A stretch of 64,000 nt of DNA from Narcine bancroftii. Taxonomy: Eukaryota. The stretch is taken from contig NC_091477.1 in NCBI RefSeq assembly GCF_036971445.1, forward strand, positions 14,508,001 through 14,572,000, written 5' to 3'. Numbering within the stretch: position 1 is the stretch's first letter; every line of letters begins with the position of its first letter. The notes beneath the pieces are model-generated. The model was not told the origin of the DNA, did not search any database, and was given only the letters and a program-made list of their open reading frames with translations. Below are positions 48,895-62,174 of the stretch, piece by piece. Made by a program: the position numbers and the translations under genes.

Positions 48895-51127
48895 AAATAT
48901 AACAAGTTAAACTTCCCACATCTTTTGCTAATGTGTATTGGAAATGATGTGAATAAGAATGTTCACCCAATGTAATGCCGTCTACCATCAGTGCGCCTCA
49001 GTGCCAGCTTTAGAAAATACATTAAGGGGGAGTGGTCTGTGCATTCCATCCATATATATGAAAAATATGAAGAGGGGCTGATCTCTGAGAAGAGAATGTT
49101 CTGCTTGATGATGGGCGATTGCATGTTATTTGTTCTGCATCTTAGGCAGGGACACAATTAACTGAAAATACTTAGTTTTAGTGCCACATTTAAGGGAGCG
49201 GAATCAAATGTGGCTTGTCAATGTGCACCGATGGGGCAACAAATAAAATTTACCTCGTTCTGCTTATGTCATCAATCCTTAATGTCAGAATGTGCCATGT
49301 GAAGAGCAGATTCTTGCTCAAGTTAGGGCAGTAATGTGGATTTAGCCATCTTGGACTGCACTCGTGAGCTTCACTGGGGGTTTCTGATTGGCACAGGTAG
49401 TTGTGGAGAGCAAGGCACCCGTATAATCTCTCTTTGCCATGAGTTCAGAACTGGATGTTTATATATATATAAAAAAAAACCCTGTACAAATGTCGTTTAA
49501 CTCCCAAATGGCACATGGTGTCTGCTTTTACAGAACATGTACTACATCTCCCACCCTGGGACATGCTTAATACAGCTTTTGCTGTTCAGAACACTAATCC
49601 CACTATCACCAAATTGCATTAGGTCTCAGCTCAAAGCTTGTCACTGCATTAATTCAGCAGTAGCAGAAGTCTGCGCCTGCTCTCTCTCCCCACAGATCTT
49701 GTTCTGTTTCTATTCCTAATCCTGTACCGAGCACTTTATTATGAACCAGTGATTTGTCAGCTGTCCACCTGTTCACTAATATATTCTGATGGCTTGATTC
49801 ATTTAACAGTTTCAACAACCACAGCCAAGATCATACATTTATCACTGGAAATGCATTTTCTTCAAATTTCAAGGCTAAATTCACATGGCGTATTTGAATT
49901 TTTTTTATCCCCCTCCCCACAATCACACTCCAGGGTTGCTGTGAGATGCAGTAGATCAGTGATCTATTCTTTCATCCTGAGATATTGGTATAATTTTCCC
50001 CTCTGCCGGTCACACAGAACCAAAGAGAAATTAACCTTGTAATACCCAACCAAAATTTTCATTAGGATTAACAAAGAAGTTATAGCTTTAGTTGTTGCAT
50101 GTCTTTCCCTTGAAATACAAGTTTTCCTCTGAGTATTTTTATGCTCTTCCTCAGATTATGAAGCCGTAACAGCTTCTTAAATTTGCTTGCTCAACCCTCA
50201 CTTTAACTATTCTCATCCTTTTAGCTACCAAAGCACTAATCTCTGCAATTTCTTCCCTTAAATTTTTTTTTCGGCTCTCAACCACTTCACCATTTTGACC
50301 TTTTTTTTAAACCTTCTGCCCAGACGCTTCAGTGCCAGTGTTTTGTTTGATACTTACAGGTTTGAGTTGAGCTGTTAGATGAGCCTGAATGAAAGACAAC
50401 AATGTGATTTTTCAGATGTGGCTGCAGAACTTTGACAGTGAAGAGAATTAATGTTTCAGATGTTGGATAGGATTAAGCTGATTTGTTCTGAATGGAGTCC
50501 AATTTCTAAAGAGACGTTGAAGGTGTGCTCATCCAGGCAAGTTTTTCACCTAACATGCAATGAGGATGGTGGCAGGCTTTGTGAATTAGGTATAAAGTCA
50601 TTGACGACAGGATTCCTAATCTTTAACTTTATTTTGTAACCATTACATTCTTTTGGATGGTCTCATTGAGTGTTCAGTTCATCTGAAGAATATTACTGTC
50701 TGCTGGAAGATCTCAACTGGTCAAATAACTTCAGTGGGAGAAAAGAATGGTTTTCATTTTTAGCTGAAACCCTTTATTGACATTGATTTCACATTCCCTT
50801 AATGACAGATAGTGCAACATTCTAGTTTGTGATTGCATGGCTCTTGTGTGATGCAAATCTTATTTGTAACATGTCATTCCCTCACTGAATACTATCTTGG
50901 TGTGACTGCTCAAAACTGATGCCAGTTCTGAAATTCATCTGAATCATCTTCAATGGAGAGATTTCTCATTGATTCAAGGGCTTCTTGATCAAGACTGCAA
51001 TGATGTGAGAAATGAATCTACAATGCATGATCCTAATGAATGACAATCTGGGCATTGCTAAGCAGATACTAGTACTTCACTTTATATCACTGTTGGCAAG
51101 ATGTTGCTGATCACTGAGGGTAGACTG

Positions 51128-51588
51128 CTGGTGTCGGTACTACACAGTAGCTCAGCAAAAGAAGGTGTAAAGCGCTCCTTTTGTCCAATAGCCTACAGGT
51201 CACCCTTGAGCAAGGTGCAAGTACATGTTCAGCTTCGCAATCAGGATCATGTGAAGCCATGGATAGCAGATTGTGGATGGTTTTTTTTAGAAGCAGATTC
51301 TACGAATTGGAGTTTATGGATGCAAAACTAAAAATGCTGGACAGATGAATCTGCTGATCAGTGGCCAGGGTTATCTATCCAGTCTGAACTCTGCAACTGA
51401 AGAAGGCAATGCTAAACCACTTCAGTATTTTTCCTTTGTATAATCGTGAACCCATCATAGACAATCGGAAAGAGACTTCACTAAAGGAGAACAGGGAAGG
51501 CAACAACTACAATTCGGAGGGTCAGAGATCGTGACAGATGGAGAGACATGATCGCCCAAGCTGAATGGCAAGGCACATGAATGAATGA
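51128..51588 (+). mobile_element. Bipartite non-autonomous RTE-derived retroposon
   Basis: Exact 13-bp TSD TGAGGGTAGACTG (51115-51127 / 51589-51601); RTE 5'UTR-type motif ctgaagaaggcaatgctaaaccacttcag; RTE-like ORF end RDRDRWRDMIAQ; (TGAA)n tail. Confidence 0.85.
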
Positions 51589-51724
51589 TGAGGGTAGACT
51601 GGGAAGTAAATGGTTAGGTGGTATTTGTCTTGCATTTTTGGGCATACCTACAAAATATTCCATGTCATTTCAAATTTGTCATAGTAAATCTGGTACAGTG
51701 AAAAGATCACTTAAGCAAGTGGTG

Positions 51725-52460
51725 TTGTGGATTACCGTAGATTAAAAGGTGATTTAGGAAGGCTGGAGGTGTGGGCTGAGAAATGGCTGATGGAATTTAA
51801 TACAGATAAGTGTGAGGTGTTACATTTTGGAAAGGCAAATCTAAATAGGTCATATGCATTAAATGGTAGGCTATTGAGATGTGCAGAGCCACAAAGGGAT
51901 TTAGGAGTTGTGGTAAATAGTACCCTCAAGGCTGATAATCAGGTAGATGGTGTGGTGAAGAAGGCATTTGGAATGTTGGCCTTCATAAATCGGAGTATTG
52001 AATTCAAGAGTAGGGAGGTTATGATGAAATTGTACAAGGCATTGGTGAGGCCAAATTTGGAGTATGTGTATAGTTTTGGTCACCAAATTATAGGAAAGAT
52101 GTAAAGAAAATAGAGAGAGTGCAGAGAAGGTTCACGAGAATGTTGACAGAATTTCAAGGTTTGAGTTAAAGGGAAAGGTTGTGCAGACTGGGGCTTTTTT
52201 CTCTGGAGCATAGAAGATTGAGAGGGGACTTGATAGAGGTGTTTAAGATTTTAAAAGGGACAGACAGTAAACGTGGATAGGCTTTTTCAATTAAGAGTCA
52301 GGGAGATTCAAACTAGAGGGCATGGTTTAAGATTGAAGGGGGAAAATTATAAGGGGAACATGAGGGGAAATTTCTTTACGCAAAGGGTGGTGGGGATGTG
52401 GAATGAGCTTCCTACAGACGTGGTCGAGGCGGGATCATTGGTTACATTTAAGGAAAAACT
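51725..52460 (+). mobile_element. CR1 RT C-terminal fragment, well preserved
   Basis: WAEKWLMEFNTDKCEVLHFG...QRDLGV...LYKALVRPNLEY and TRGHGLRL...FFTQRVVGMWNELP. Confidence 0.92.
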
Positions 52461-55179
52461 TACCCATTTCTCCCCCTCCACAAATTGTTTTTTTGTACTG
52501 AATTAGCCCTACTATAACCATTTCCTTTGTACTTGCAATGCATCTCTCAATTTTCTTCTAATTTTACTTTTCAGTATTTTTACATAGTTACTCTTTGCTT
52601 TTCTAATTTCCTAATAGTTTTACCCTGAAACTTGAGATTTTCTTTGCCAGGATTTCTGCAGTATTCTTCTTGGAGTCCTACATGAGTTTCATTGGTGGTT
52701 TTGTTTTGGCTGATCTTCCTTTTGTGCACACCAGTACTCTGGATTGGTCAGTCTCACATTTTGGCATTATGGGAACACATTAATGTAGAATTTTGGATCT
52801 CCTCCTGAAGGTCTCCCAATGCACAAACACTGAACCACGCTCCAGCGGTCAGTGTTGGATCATTGAATTTCTTCTCTATCCAGTTGAAGTATTCTTGAAC
52901 AGTCCAATGAGCAACCTTCTGGAACCTCTGCAAGTCTTCTTGTGTGGTTACTTCCACAAGCCTATTGCATAAGATGTATTAGCATTTAGGCAACAACACT
53001 GGAGAAATCGCGACATATATTTTGAAGTCTGAATGGTGGGTGGCTTGGAAAAATTCATGCAAAGCGTGTTATATTTTCAAGCGTTATGGTATTTCTGCAT
53101 GGCAGAAATTGTAGATTTTGAAAACCAAGTTAAAGTGTAGGTGGGGGAGGGCCACCAAAACCACATAGGTTGACAATATTATTTTAGTTGGAGAAAGTAA
53201 CATTTTTAACGTGGTAATTCTCTCGCTGCCAATGGCTGCAATTCAATTGATGGTCAATGAACAGATTTATTTGGGGCCTGCAGAACCTCCCAAATGTAGT
53301 GCAATTTTTAACTATCCAACTACTTTTAATGTAACCAACAGCATTATAGTAAAGAGAACATATTTTATTTTCAAGCTCATTAGTCTGAATATGTGACACA
53401 CAATTATAATCCAGAAACTGCAACAATCCAGGTCATAATCCCCCTTGAGTTTCCAAGTGGATGAAAGAACAGCACATTACTCACGAGCTAAGAGAATTTT
53501 GGAAGCTTTCCTAATTTGCCTGTGCTTCATAGACAGATGAGATACCAATGGTGTTGCCTGCCAACTTCAGAAACCTGCTGCAACTTAAGGAGTGTGCTAT
53601 CTTTTATAAACAAGATTATTGCTGTCACCTTGTATTGTCGAAGCAATTTGGTGAAAATGTCTTTATCGTATAGCATTTGTACATGTTTTTGAAATCATTT
53701 TGCATTTTAACAATTCCGGTCATGTGCTAAATTAAGGAGAGAACTTTTTTTTGACATGTGCAATGATCTTTGCAAGAAAACTCTGCAGTTTCTTGTAATT
53801 AATGGTGTTTATTCCATTTAAATTTCATAGCTCGAAACCGAAGTCATCAGTGAGAATATTCCGACCTCCTCCCATTCTCTTTCAACCAAACCAAAAAGAC
53901 GAAGAGTGATGAGGTAAAGAGGAAACTACTTTATTGTCACATGATTCCTTGTCTCGTGTGTGGCATATCAATTTATGTCAATATTCTCTGGCTAAACTTG
54001 AAAATGAATCTCCTGGAATATTTGTCTCCATCTAACTTCTAAGTGAAACAATCAGCTTGATGTTACTTTCCAAATGATATTGAGAAAATAAACACATATT
54101 GAAAAGTATTGACACAAGGTGCAATATTCACCCATTTTGGTGGATAAATATGCTAACAAAATTTGTCAGCAAGAAGCGATTGTGTTTATCATGTTATTGA
54201 GCTAAAATGTAACATTTCTGACCCAGAGCCAACTCGTGTTGTCTTGTTAAATATGACCGATATGATTTGCATTCCTCCTTTGTGACATATAATGGCCTCT
54301 TGTCTCTTTTGGGTAGCAAATATAGTGATGTTGGAAGGTTATAAACATAAATGATTTACAATATATGTAATTATCTTTAAACTTGTATCTACTCAAAGAT
54401 AAAGGGTTAGGCATTCAACAAAAAAAAGTTGATGTAATTGGCTGCCTGTTGTCCATCCCTTCTCAGACTCAGTTTGATTTAAAGCAGCTGTTTTAATTAT
54501 TTTTCTGCTGTTATTCCATGCCATGCAGATGTCAGCAACTTTTACATTTGGAGGAGTTTCTTTATTTAAAAAAAATCTGTGAAGTCTTGCAAATGCTTGC
54601 TTTTTTGTAGTCATCAGTTTCCCTGAAAGAAGAATAGCCTGGAGGACTCTTGCTACCATTTGTGGCCTGGTAGTGGTCAGAAACCTCAGATGGCAGCGCA
54701 GCAGAAGGCTGCAGTGGCCTCTTGATGGGGGGATGGCAATAGCTGCGCCAGGAGTCACTTTATGCTCATGTGGACATCGGTGTCCTGTCCTACTGAGCCA
54801 TGGCCTATAAACATGTTCCATCCACTGTTATTTTGTAATATTCTGTTGAATAGTTTGTTTAAATGTTAAATTAAATCTTATGTTAATTTAAGGATAAAAT
54901 CGTAACTGGGAGGCTAGGATAAGATGGTGGCTGTGGTTCGAGATGGTTGCGTGGCAGTTGCTCATAGCAGCCCCTTACTACGGTGCCATTTTGTCCACTG
55001 TTTTGCTTGGCCTTGTGTAATTAACTAATTCTTGTCCTGGAGAAACACAATTTCACTTTTATGACTGTTTTATGGTTTTAAAAATGATAATAAAATGCTG
55101 ACTAATGGATTCATTGCAAGATTTTGTCAACTTGAAACTGTCCCATGGACATAACTAGTGATGTATGCATTCCAAGGAA

Positions 55180-56300
55180 CCATGGAACCTAACATTAGTG
55201 GTAGGAAAATTAATGAAGGTGATTCTGAGAGGCATGATCAACCTGTACTAGAGATACTTAGAATGGCTTTGTGGTTTGAAAATCAATGAAATTTGCTTTA
55301 ATTCTTTTTGAAGAGGTGATTAAGAATATTGATGATAACAGGACAGGTCCTTTGTTGAGATTCCACACAGCAGGCTGGACAAGGAGAGATTGCATGGGAT
55401 TTGGAGTGTGCTAGCCATGGCCCATTGGTTTAGAACCACTGTGTCAGAGGATATTAATGAAAGGGTTCCAATCTCTAAAACAGCCTATGACCAATGGAAA
55501 TGAAACCAAGTCCACTCTTTTTTCTTCTATATTAACGATTGGAACGAGAATGTATTTGGTGTGGTTAATACATTTGCAGAAGTCACCAAAATTGGTGGTT
55601 TTCTGGACAGTGATGAAGATTATAACAGTATCCAGATAATTTGGGTCTTTGGGGTAAGGAATGGAAGATAGAATTTAGCTCCGACAAGTGCGAGATGTTG
55701 TACTTTAGCTTTGAAAAGTGTTATAGAATTGATGGACCCATATATATTTCTCTGAAGGTGCTGACCAGGGTGGTGAGGAAGGCAAAAGTTTCATTGGATA
55801 GGGTATTAAGAACAAGAATTGGGGCATCCTGTTACGAGACAGTGATTAAACCACATTTAGAGTATTGTGTGCAGTTCTGATCATCTGGTAATGTTAGTAA
55901 GATGTAAAGGGTTCAGGAAAGATTTGAAGGATGCTACTGGGATTGGAGGGTTTGAGTTGCAAGAAAAAAACTGGAAAACCTGAACATTTTTTTCCACTGG
56001 CATGTAAAAGGCTGAGGCTATCAAGGTATGTATAGAATCACAAGGTGAATTGTCACAGTCTATTTCAGAGGGTAGATGAGTTTGAAACCAGATGGTATGG
56101 ATTTAAAGTGAGAGGGGAATGGTTTTAAAGGGACCTGGGGAGCAACATTTTCCAAACAGAAGGTGGATAAGAGCTGTGAGAGAAAGTGGTTCAGTAAGAT
56201 GTTTATACAGGGATAGGAAAGGTTGAGAGGTACCTGGGCCAAATGCAGGGAAGTGGGATGGACAACTTGGACAAGTTTGGCCAAATCTGTCTCAATGATT
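55180..56300 (+). mobile_element. Old CR1 3' part
   Basis: EWKIEFSSDKCEMLYF and KPHLEYCVQF relics, CR1 3' UTR. Confidence 0.75.
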
Positions 56301-56399
56301 CTCACCTGGTATGTTAGAGCATAGGATTGGTCTGAGGAAATCTTTGACTATCAGTCTTGGCTTGGTTGATAACACAGATGACTTTGAACTAGGCCCCGC

Positions 56400-56755
56400 T
56401 CTCGACACTCCATTAATGTTGTCCTCCACTTGCCGATGGCAATCTAAGGGAGTGTTGAATTGTCAGAGATGCTTTCTTTCAAATTCAGTATTAAACCTTG
56501 GATCTATCTGCCCTCCACAGTAATATAAAAGATCCTGGGAAGAGGAGGAGGTGCATTATTCCCAATGGTTTAACCAATATTTGCAAACTGCTCTGAAATG
56601 GTCATTATTATGTTGTAGCAACTGAAAGATTGTCGCATAAACATTGGTTGCTATTTTTCTGACAACACCGTAGTGATGACACTTTGGAGGTTGCAAGCCA
56701 CTTTTGCCCTGACTTCACATGATGAAAGATTCTATACAAATTCTACTTTTTATTA
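56400..56755 (+). mobile_element. Deu-domain SINE relic (SacSINE1/AmnSINE-like)
   Basis: agggagtgttgaattgtcagagatgctttctttc...taaaagatcc...ggtcattatta...tgatgaaagattctatacaaat. Confidence 0.55.
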
Positions 56756-57475
56756 TCAGTTAACTGACCTTCTGAATGATATTTCTGAACCTTACAGCAG
56801 TTTTATCGAGACACCGGTGTTTGGTATAGTTGACACCAGCTGTTGTGCCACTAGAAAAAAAAAACTGGTCAAAGTATTAATTTACAGCCTGACTGTCAGT
56901 CATTTGTCACATCTTGTACTGTCGATGAAATGAACACAGCACCAGTGATGATTAAAGGTAATACAGAGGACTGAGAACTGTGGCAATGACATCAGGGTAG
57001 TATAACCCTGTCAAGACCATGATTCACGTTAGGGTACAGAGAGGAAATGATTTGCAGTTCTGAATCACAGTTATAAGAAACTCTATGGCTTCAATAACTA
57101 GCTTCAAAGATTATCACAAGAAGTTTTCTTCCATGGAATAAATTGGGAAAGTACATTCTACTTGAAGAGATTTGGAAATTTATTTTTCTATGACATGGAG
57201 GGACCTTTCTCTTTATAACTTGAAGTAGATAGTTCTATCTGAACCATTTGTAAAGAGCATTCATTTTCCAAAAACGATGGAACCAGCATGAATATCAATT
57301 TGAGACTTTACTATATCACGTTAAAATGGAACACCAAAGAGCATGATTGTGCCAGCACTGAGGGAATTTTTAGAAACTTCAGTTTGTTTTCTGGTGATAA
57401 TGGAAGGAATGTCCAATCTGAAAAGAAAATTACAAGGGACAAACTAATCTTCATTTTGGTGTTGAATGTACTTGA

Positions 57476-58145
57476 GTAGAATCAGAATTTATTTTCATCA
57501 ATTTGTCACGAAATTTGTTGTTTTGCAGGAGCAGAACAGAGCAAATATTGGTATAAATTACATTACAAAATAAACAAATAACAGTGCAAAAGAAAATGTG
57601 AGGAAGTGTCGCTGATAGCAGGGGGGATGAAGCTGGTTTTTTTTTGTACCATTGAATGTTCATCTTCAGTCTCCTGTATCACTTCCCTGATGGTAGCAAT
57701 GTGAAGAAGGCATAGCTGGTGGGGGGGTGTGAGGGTCCTTGAAGATGGAGATTGCATTCTTTAGATACAGCCTCTTGTAGATGCTCTCGATGGAGTGAAG
57801 ACCAAATGGTGCTGGCTAAGTTCACAATTTAATATAGCCTTTTCTTGTCCTGGGCATTGGCACCTCCATACCAGACTGTGATGCATCCAGTCAGAATGCT
57901 CAACATGGTACACTTGCAGAAGTTTGCAAGAGTCTTTGGTGACATTCCAAAGCTCCTCAAATTCCTCATTAAGTATAGTCACTCCCAAGCCTTCATGATT
58001 ACATCAGCATGGCAGCTTGAATATAGATCTGAGATGATAATGCCCAAGTATTTAAAGTTCTTGACTCTTTCTACTGCTCTACCCTCGATTAGGGCTAGTT
58101 TGTGTTCTCCTGATTTTCCACTTCTGAAATCCACAATCAATTATT
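57476..58145 (-). mobile_element. Rex1-type LINE 3' fragment
   Basis: Reverse tail gaatcagaatttatt; reverse RT C-terminus (gtttgcaagagtctttggtgacattccaaagctcctcaa). Confidence 0.75.
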
Positions 58146-58949
58146 TATGGATGAGAGATGTATCCCAATGGCTATTCATAGTCAGCCCAGAAACTGGTGA
58201 TTTCAAGAGTTTAGCTATTCTATAATAGATTAAGCAGAACAAGCAGGGTGCATCTTCAATTGAGGTTTAGTTAACAATCACTGTACTACAGTTAAAATCT
58301 ATTATCTGCAATAAAAGCACCAGCAGGCTTCAAGTAACTGGCAAAAAGAAAATTGCAGAAAATATATTGTACAGGTAAAATATACAAAATTTAAATCCAT
58401 TTACTGGAAAATTCAGTTTGCTAGCATCTACCAATCCCCAGAGGGGTTTTTCTGTAATAATTTTCTTGGTACAAGCCCCTCTTTGTGAAAAGTGCTGGTG
58501 AGTTGATTGGGATGCCTATCTGAAATGCGTGCAAAATTGTACTATTATTGTTTCATAACTGTATGGAGTAAAGTTTGTTTATTGTTCAGTTACATAGGCA
58601 CATGAGGCTGAAGACAGGAAAATATTGTATGGAATCTATGGAATAATATGGGAGCGCCATTCTCGAATTAAGATCCAGCATCATTAACAAACACTTCTTT
58701 TATGTCTTGCTCGTGGAGATGATGGTTCCAATCATGGACACCGTTGGCAATCTGGAGCTAATCAGCTTGATGGAAGGACAGGTTTTCTGCCATTTAACAT
58801 GGTAGCAAGGCCAAAAAAAAGGAAAATCAAGCATGTGTGAATTTCAATTTCCTTTCTGTTCACTAAAGGTTGGGAGTAAATACCACCAGACTTCTAACCA
58901 ACACACCAATGGCATCATGAAGAAAGCCTCTGCTTCCTCAGGAGTTTGT

Positions 58950-59035
58950 GGAGGAGCTAGTGGAGTTGTTCAAGTGAACCGGTACGGACTTGAAGGGCCG
59001 ACATGGCCTGTTTCCGTGCTGTTATATGGTTATAA
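58950..59035 (+). mobile_element. Very short CR1 3' terminal fragment
   Basis: ggacttgaagggccgacatggcctgtttccgtgctgttatatggttata. Confidence 0.65.
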
Positions 59036-60364
59036 CTACACTGCCTCTGCATGCAAGAATTGGTACTAGATAAGGATCTATTTTCTTTAGTACAGATGAC
59101 ATGATTGCCTCCAGAACCAGTGCACATAAAGGATATGATAAGTTGCTATTTCTTTAAGAAGCCATTTTAATGAATGTACTCATGAGAAATGTGACGAAGG
59201 GAAGTTTTAGACACTAATGAAATCCTGAAGGGACCCAACTCGGATAAAATTATTTTGCGCCAAACTTAAGAATCCCATCACACTCCTTCCTTCTTTCCTT
59301 GAATGGGTGTTGTATTAAATTAATAATAATTAACAGCTTGCAGTTCATTTGCCGCATGTTTTCATAATTGTTCTACCCATGATCTGATCTATTTACACTG
59401 CAAAACAACAAAATCTGGCACACCACGATGCTGAAATTCTTTTGGCTTTTTGTTCCAGTATAAAATGTGTTTTTTGGCGGAAAATTTAAATGGCATTATT
59501 GGCTGGGTTGCTATCTTCTCACTTGTTTCAAAATCCACATCAAGTTGGTGGGATAGAATGTTCATCGTGATCCCCTGTAAAATATGGAAGATTTAATGCA
59601 CCTAGTTTATCCTCTTCCAAATGCAAAGGGATCAAAAGTATGAAACTAAAAATAAAGTGGCTGAATGACAAAGATTGAAATAGTGCGTGTTATGTTTTCA
59701 AAATATCAGGGTGAATTATTGGATAACTGAAGAAGTATCATAATTGAGTGCGATATTTCGATAAAGTTTTTAGAGAAAAGCTGATATTGAGCATTAATAA
59801 CTTTAATGGTGAAAACACTATTAACGTTTTTAAAAAAAAAACCTATCTTGATAATCCCAATGATCTAATTTTTGTAGTGAGCATGTTCTCACACTGCTCT
59901 TTTAATGGTGGATGACAAGATGTGATCTTCCATGTGAGGATATTTTAACTTGAATTTATGCTTACAGTCTTGTTTAACCTTTGTTAAAGTCACGGAGCCT
60001 GCTGATTGGGCAATTATACTTGATGTTTCTATTAGGTGGGGAAACTACTATGAGAGCAAGGGATTGAATTCCCAAAGCACATTACTCCACTGAACTGTGC
60101 TCACTGAAAATTTCATTTTGAATTCCCTCATTCTTTGTTTTGTTTAACTTGATACGTGATTTATTTAATTCCAGAATATAATTCTTATTAAATGTATGAC
60201 AGCATCTACTTGAAAATTAAAGAGGAAAATAGACTGAGAAGATCAGATCAATTTGTTCTTTTAATTTGAATCTGCTTCTGTTATTTTTTTTTCCACTTCT
60301 TGAGCCCATTTGCAGTTGTTCTAACAATTGATGAATGTTCAGAATCATAATGAAATTATTTTAC

Positions 60365-60637
60365 TGTAGCGGCGGCTACACTGCTAACTGAAGGATCACA
60401 TAAACGGACGAGTGGAGTTCAGTGAGCAGAAACTGATTTATTGCAGGCTGCCTGGCTGGCCTTGTACTCCCAGCCCAGACATGGCTGAGAACTGCGCCGG
60501 GGGGGTCCCGACTTCACATGGGTCCCCAAATGAGGGCTTCTGAGCCTGAAACCCCCGACGATGCCATTTTGGCTGGCTGCCCCACCGCGTGCATGACAAC
60601 TGGGGCCGGTTCGCCTGCCTAATGGCGTACGGCCACA
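60365..60637 (-). mobile_element. Solo LTR (Gypsy-like), CpG-rich
   Basis: TGTAGC...GCCACA termini, exact 4-bp TSD TTAC (60361-60364 / 60638-60641), AATAAA on minus at 60437-60442. Confidence 0.85.
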
Positions 60638-61067
60638 TTACTTTATTATTGTTGTTGGGGTAAAATGTAGGTTGCTTTTTTAAAAAAAAAGCATAAGTCA
60701 ACTGTAAAGCATGCAAAGCTTCCATCTATTCAATAAAATTAGTTTTTGCAGTGAATGTTTTCACTGTTGTCCATTAGTGGTATTTTCCTGCAAAAATGCC
60801 AGCAAGTTTTACTTTGTGTCAATACCTATGAACAGTTCTGAACTCTTTCCAGGTGGCATGAAGGTGTCGCATTTCCCTGACACTTACAGTGGATTATCCA
60901 CACAACCAACTGTGGCTGATTTAAATCTAGTGAAGATCTCGTGTGTCTATTCATTTGAATGGGGAAAAAGGATTTTAATGGACTTTGGTTAGCTTTTAAA
61001 TGTACATTAGAAATTTAAACAATTCACACAGTCATGATTCAGGATAAAGGCAATGTGCCGGCAAAGG

Positions 61068-61590
61068 ATCAATTTATTGTCATAAACAAGTCACAAAATT
61101 TGTTGCTCTGTGGCAGCATCACAGTACAAACATTGATATAAACTACCTTATAAAAATAGTGCATGAAAAGGTAGTCAGGCAGTGTCTTTGGTTCATTGAT
61201 TCAGGAACCTAATGGCAGCGGGGAAGAAGCTGCCCTTGTGGTGCTGAGTGCTCGTCTTCAGGCTCCTCTACTTTATCTCTATGGTAGCAGAGTGAAGAGG
61301 GCATGATCTGGGTGACCTGGGTCCTTGAGGATAGAGGTTGTTTTCTTAAGACACTGTCCTCAGTGGAGTGAAGTCTACTGCTTGTGATGTCACAGGCCAA
61401 GTAAACAATCCTCTGGAGTTTTTTCTTGTCCTGATCAATGGCACCAGTGTAGCAAGAATGCTCTCCACGGTACACCTTTAGAAGTTTTTGAGAGTTTTTG
61501 GTGACATACCAAATCTCTTCGAAGACTTCATAAAGTATAGCCTGTTGGCGAGTTGCCTTTTAGATTGCATCGACATTGCGGCTCTAGGAC
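61068..61590 (-). mobile_element. Rex1-type LINE 3' fragment
   Basis: DKKKLQRIV relic on minus; reverse tail atcaatttattgtcata. Confidence 0.75.
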
Positions 61591-61734
61591 TGATGAATCG
61601 TATGCAATTTCATGGTAATTCTTTCTCCTCTTTGACATTCAAACATATTCCAAGTTCTTCTTCATGATCTGAAAGGTGAATGGAAAAGAAATTCAAGTGA
61701 AAGAGCCCCATCGATGCTGCTATTGTCAGAGGAC

Positions 61735-61952
61735 TGATGCACGATCAAGTAACAGGAACTGAAGGGTTTTATTAACTGGCGATGGACAGCATCCCTTGAG
61801 TTGCTGGCTCACACGAACCCGGGCTTGAACTGGGGGGAGGGTTGTGGCTTGACAGCCTTTATGGGGAATAAAGGGGAGGAGTCACGAGCTGGATAGAGAG
61901 AGCAGGGTCGAACATGCAAGATCAAAGTATTTGCACAAGTGGTTTCACCACA
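61735..61952 (-). mobile_element. Solo LTR (Gypsy-like)
   Basis: Minus strand reads TGTGGTGAAACC...GTGCATCA; TSD AGGAC / TGGAC (1 mismatch); AATAAA on minus at 61768-61773. Confidence 0.75.
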
Positions 61953-62174
61953 TGGACATCAGTGCTTGGGTGTCCTGTGGGATGCGATGCACCTATTGAT
62001 AGGCCAAAGGCTTTCCAGCATCCATGAGACACTTGTCAGGAATGTTATGCAGAATTTCACTTGCTTGGATGAGTACAGCTGCAGCAATCTGCAAGAAACT
62101 CAAAATGACACATCTAAGCATTTTCCTCATCTCTAACTTGCTGTTGGCTGCAGAATCTGCAAACCAAAATGCAA

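Noticed and set aside
48121-48900. AAATAT as TSD of the Rex1-tailed element
   Set aside because: A six-base AT-rich match is not significant in this background
54393-54821. 142-aa minus-strand ORF
   Set aside because: No recognisable domain or splice context, and it partly overlaps repeat-like sequence
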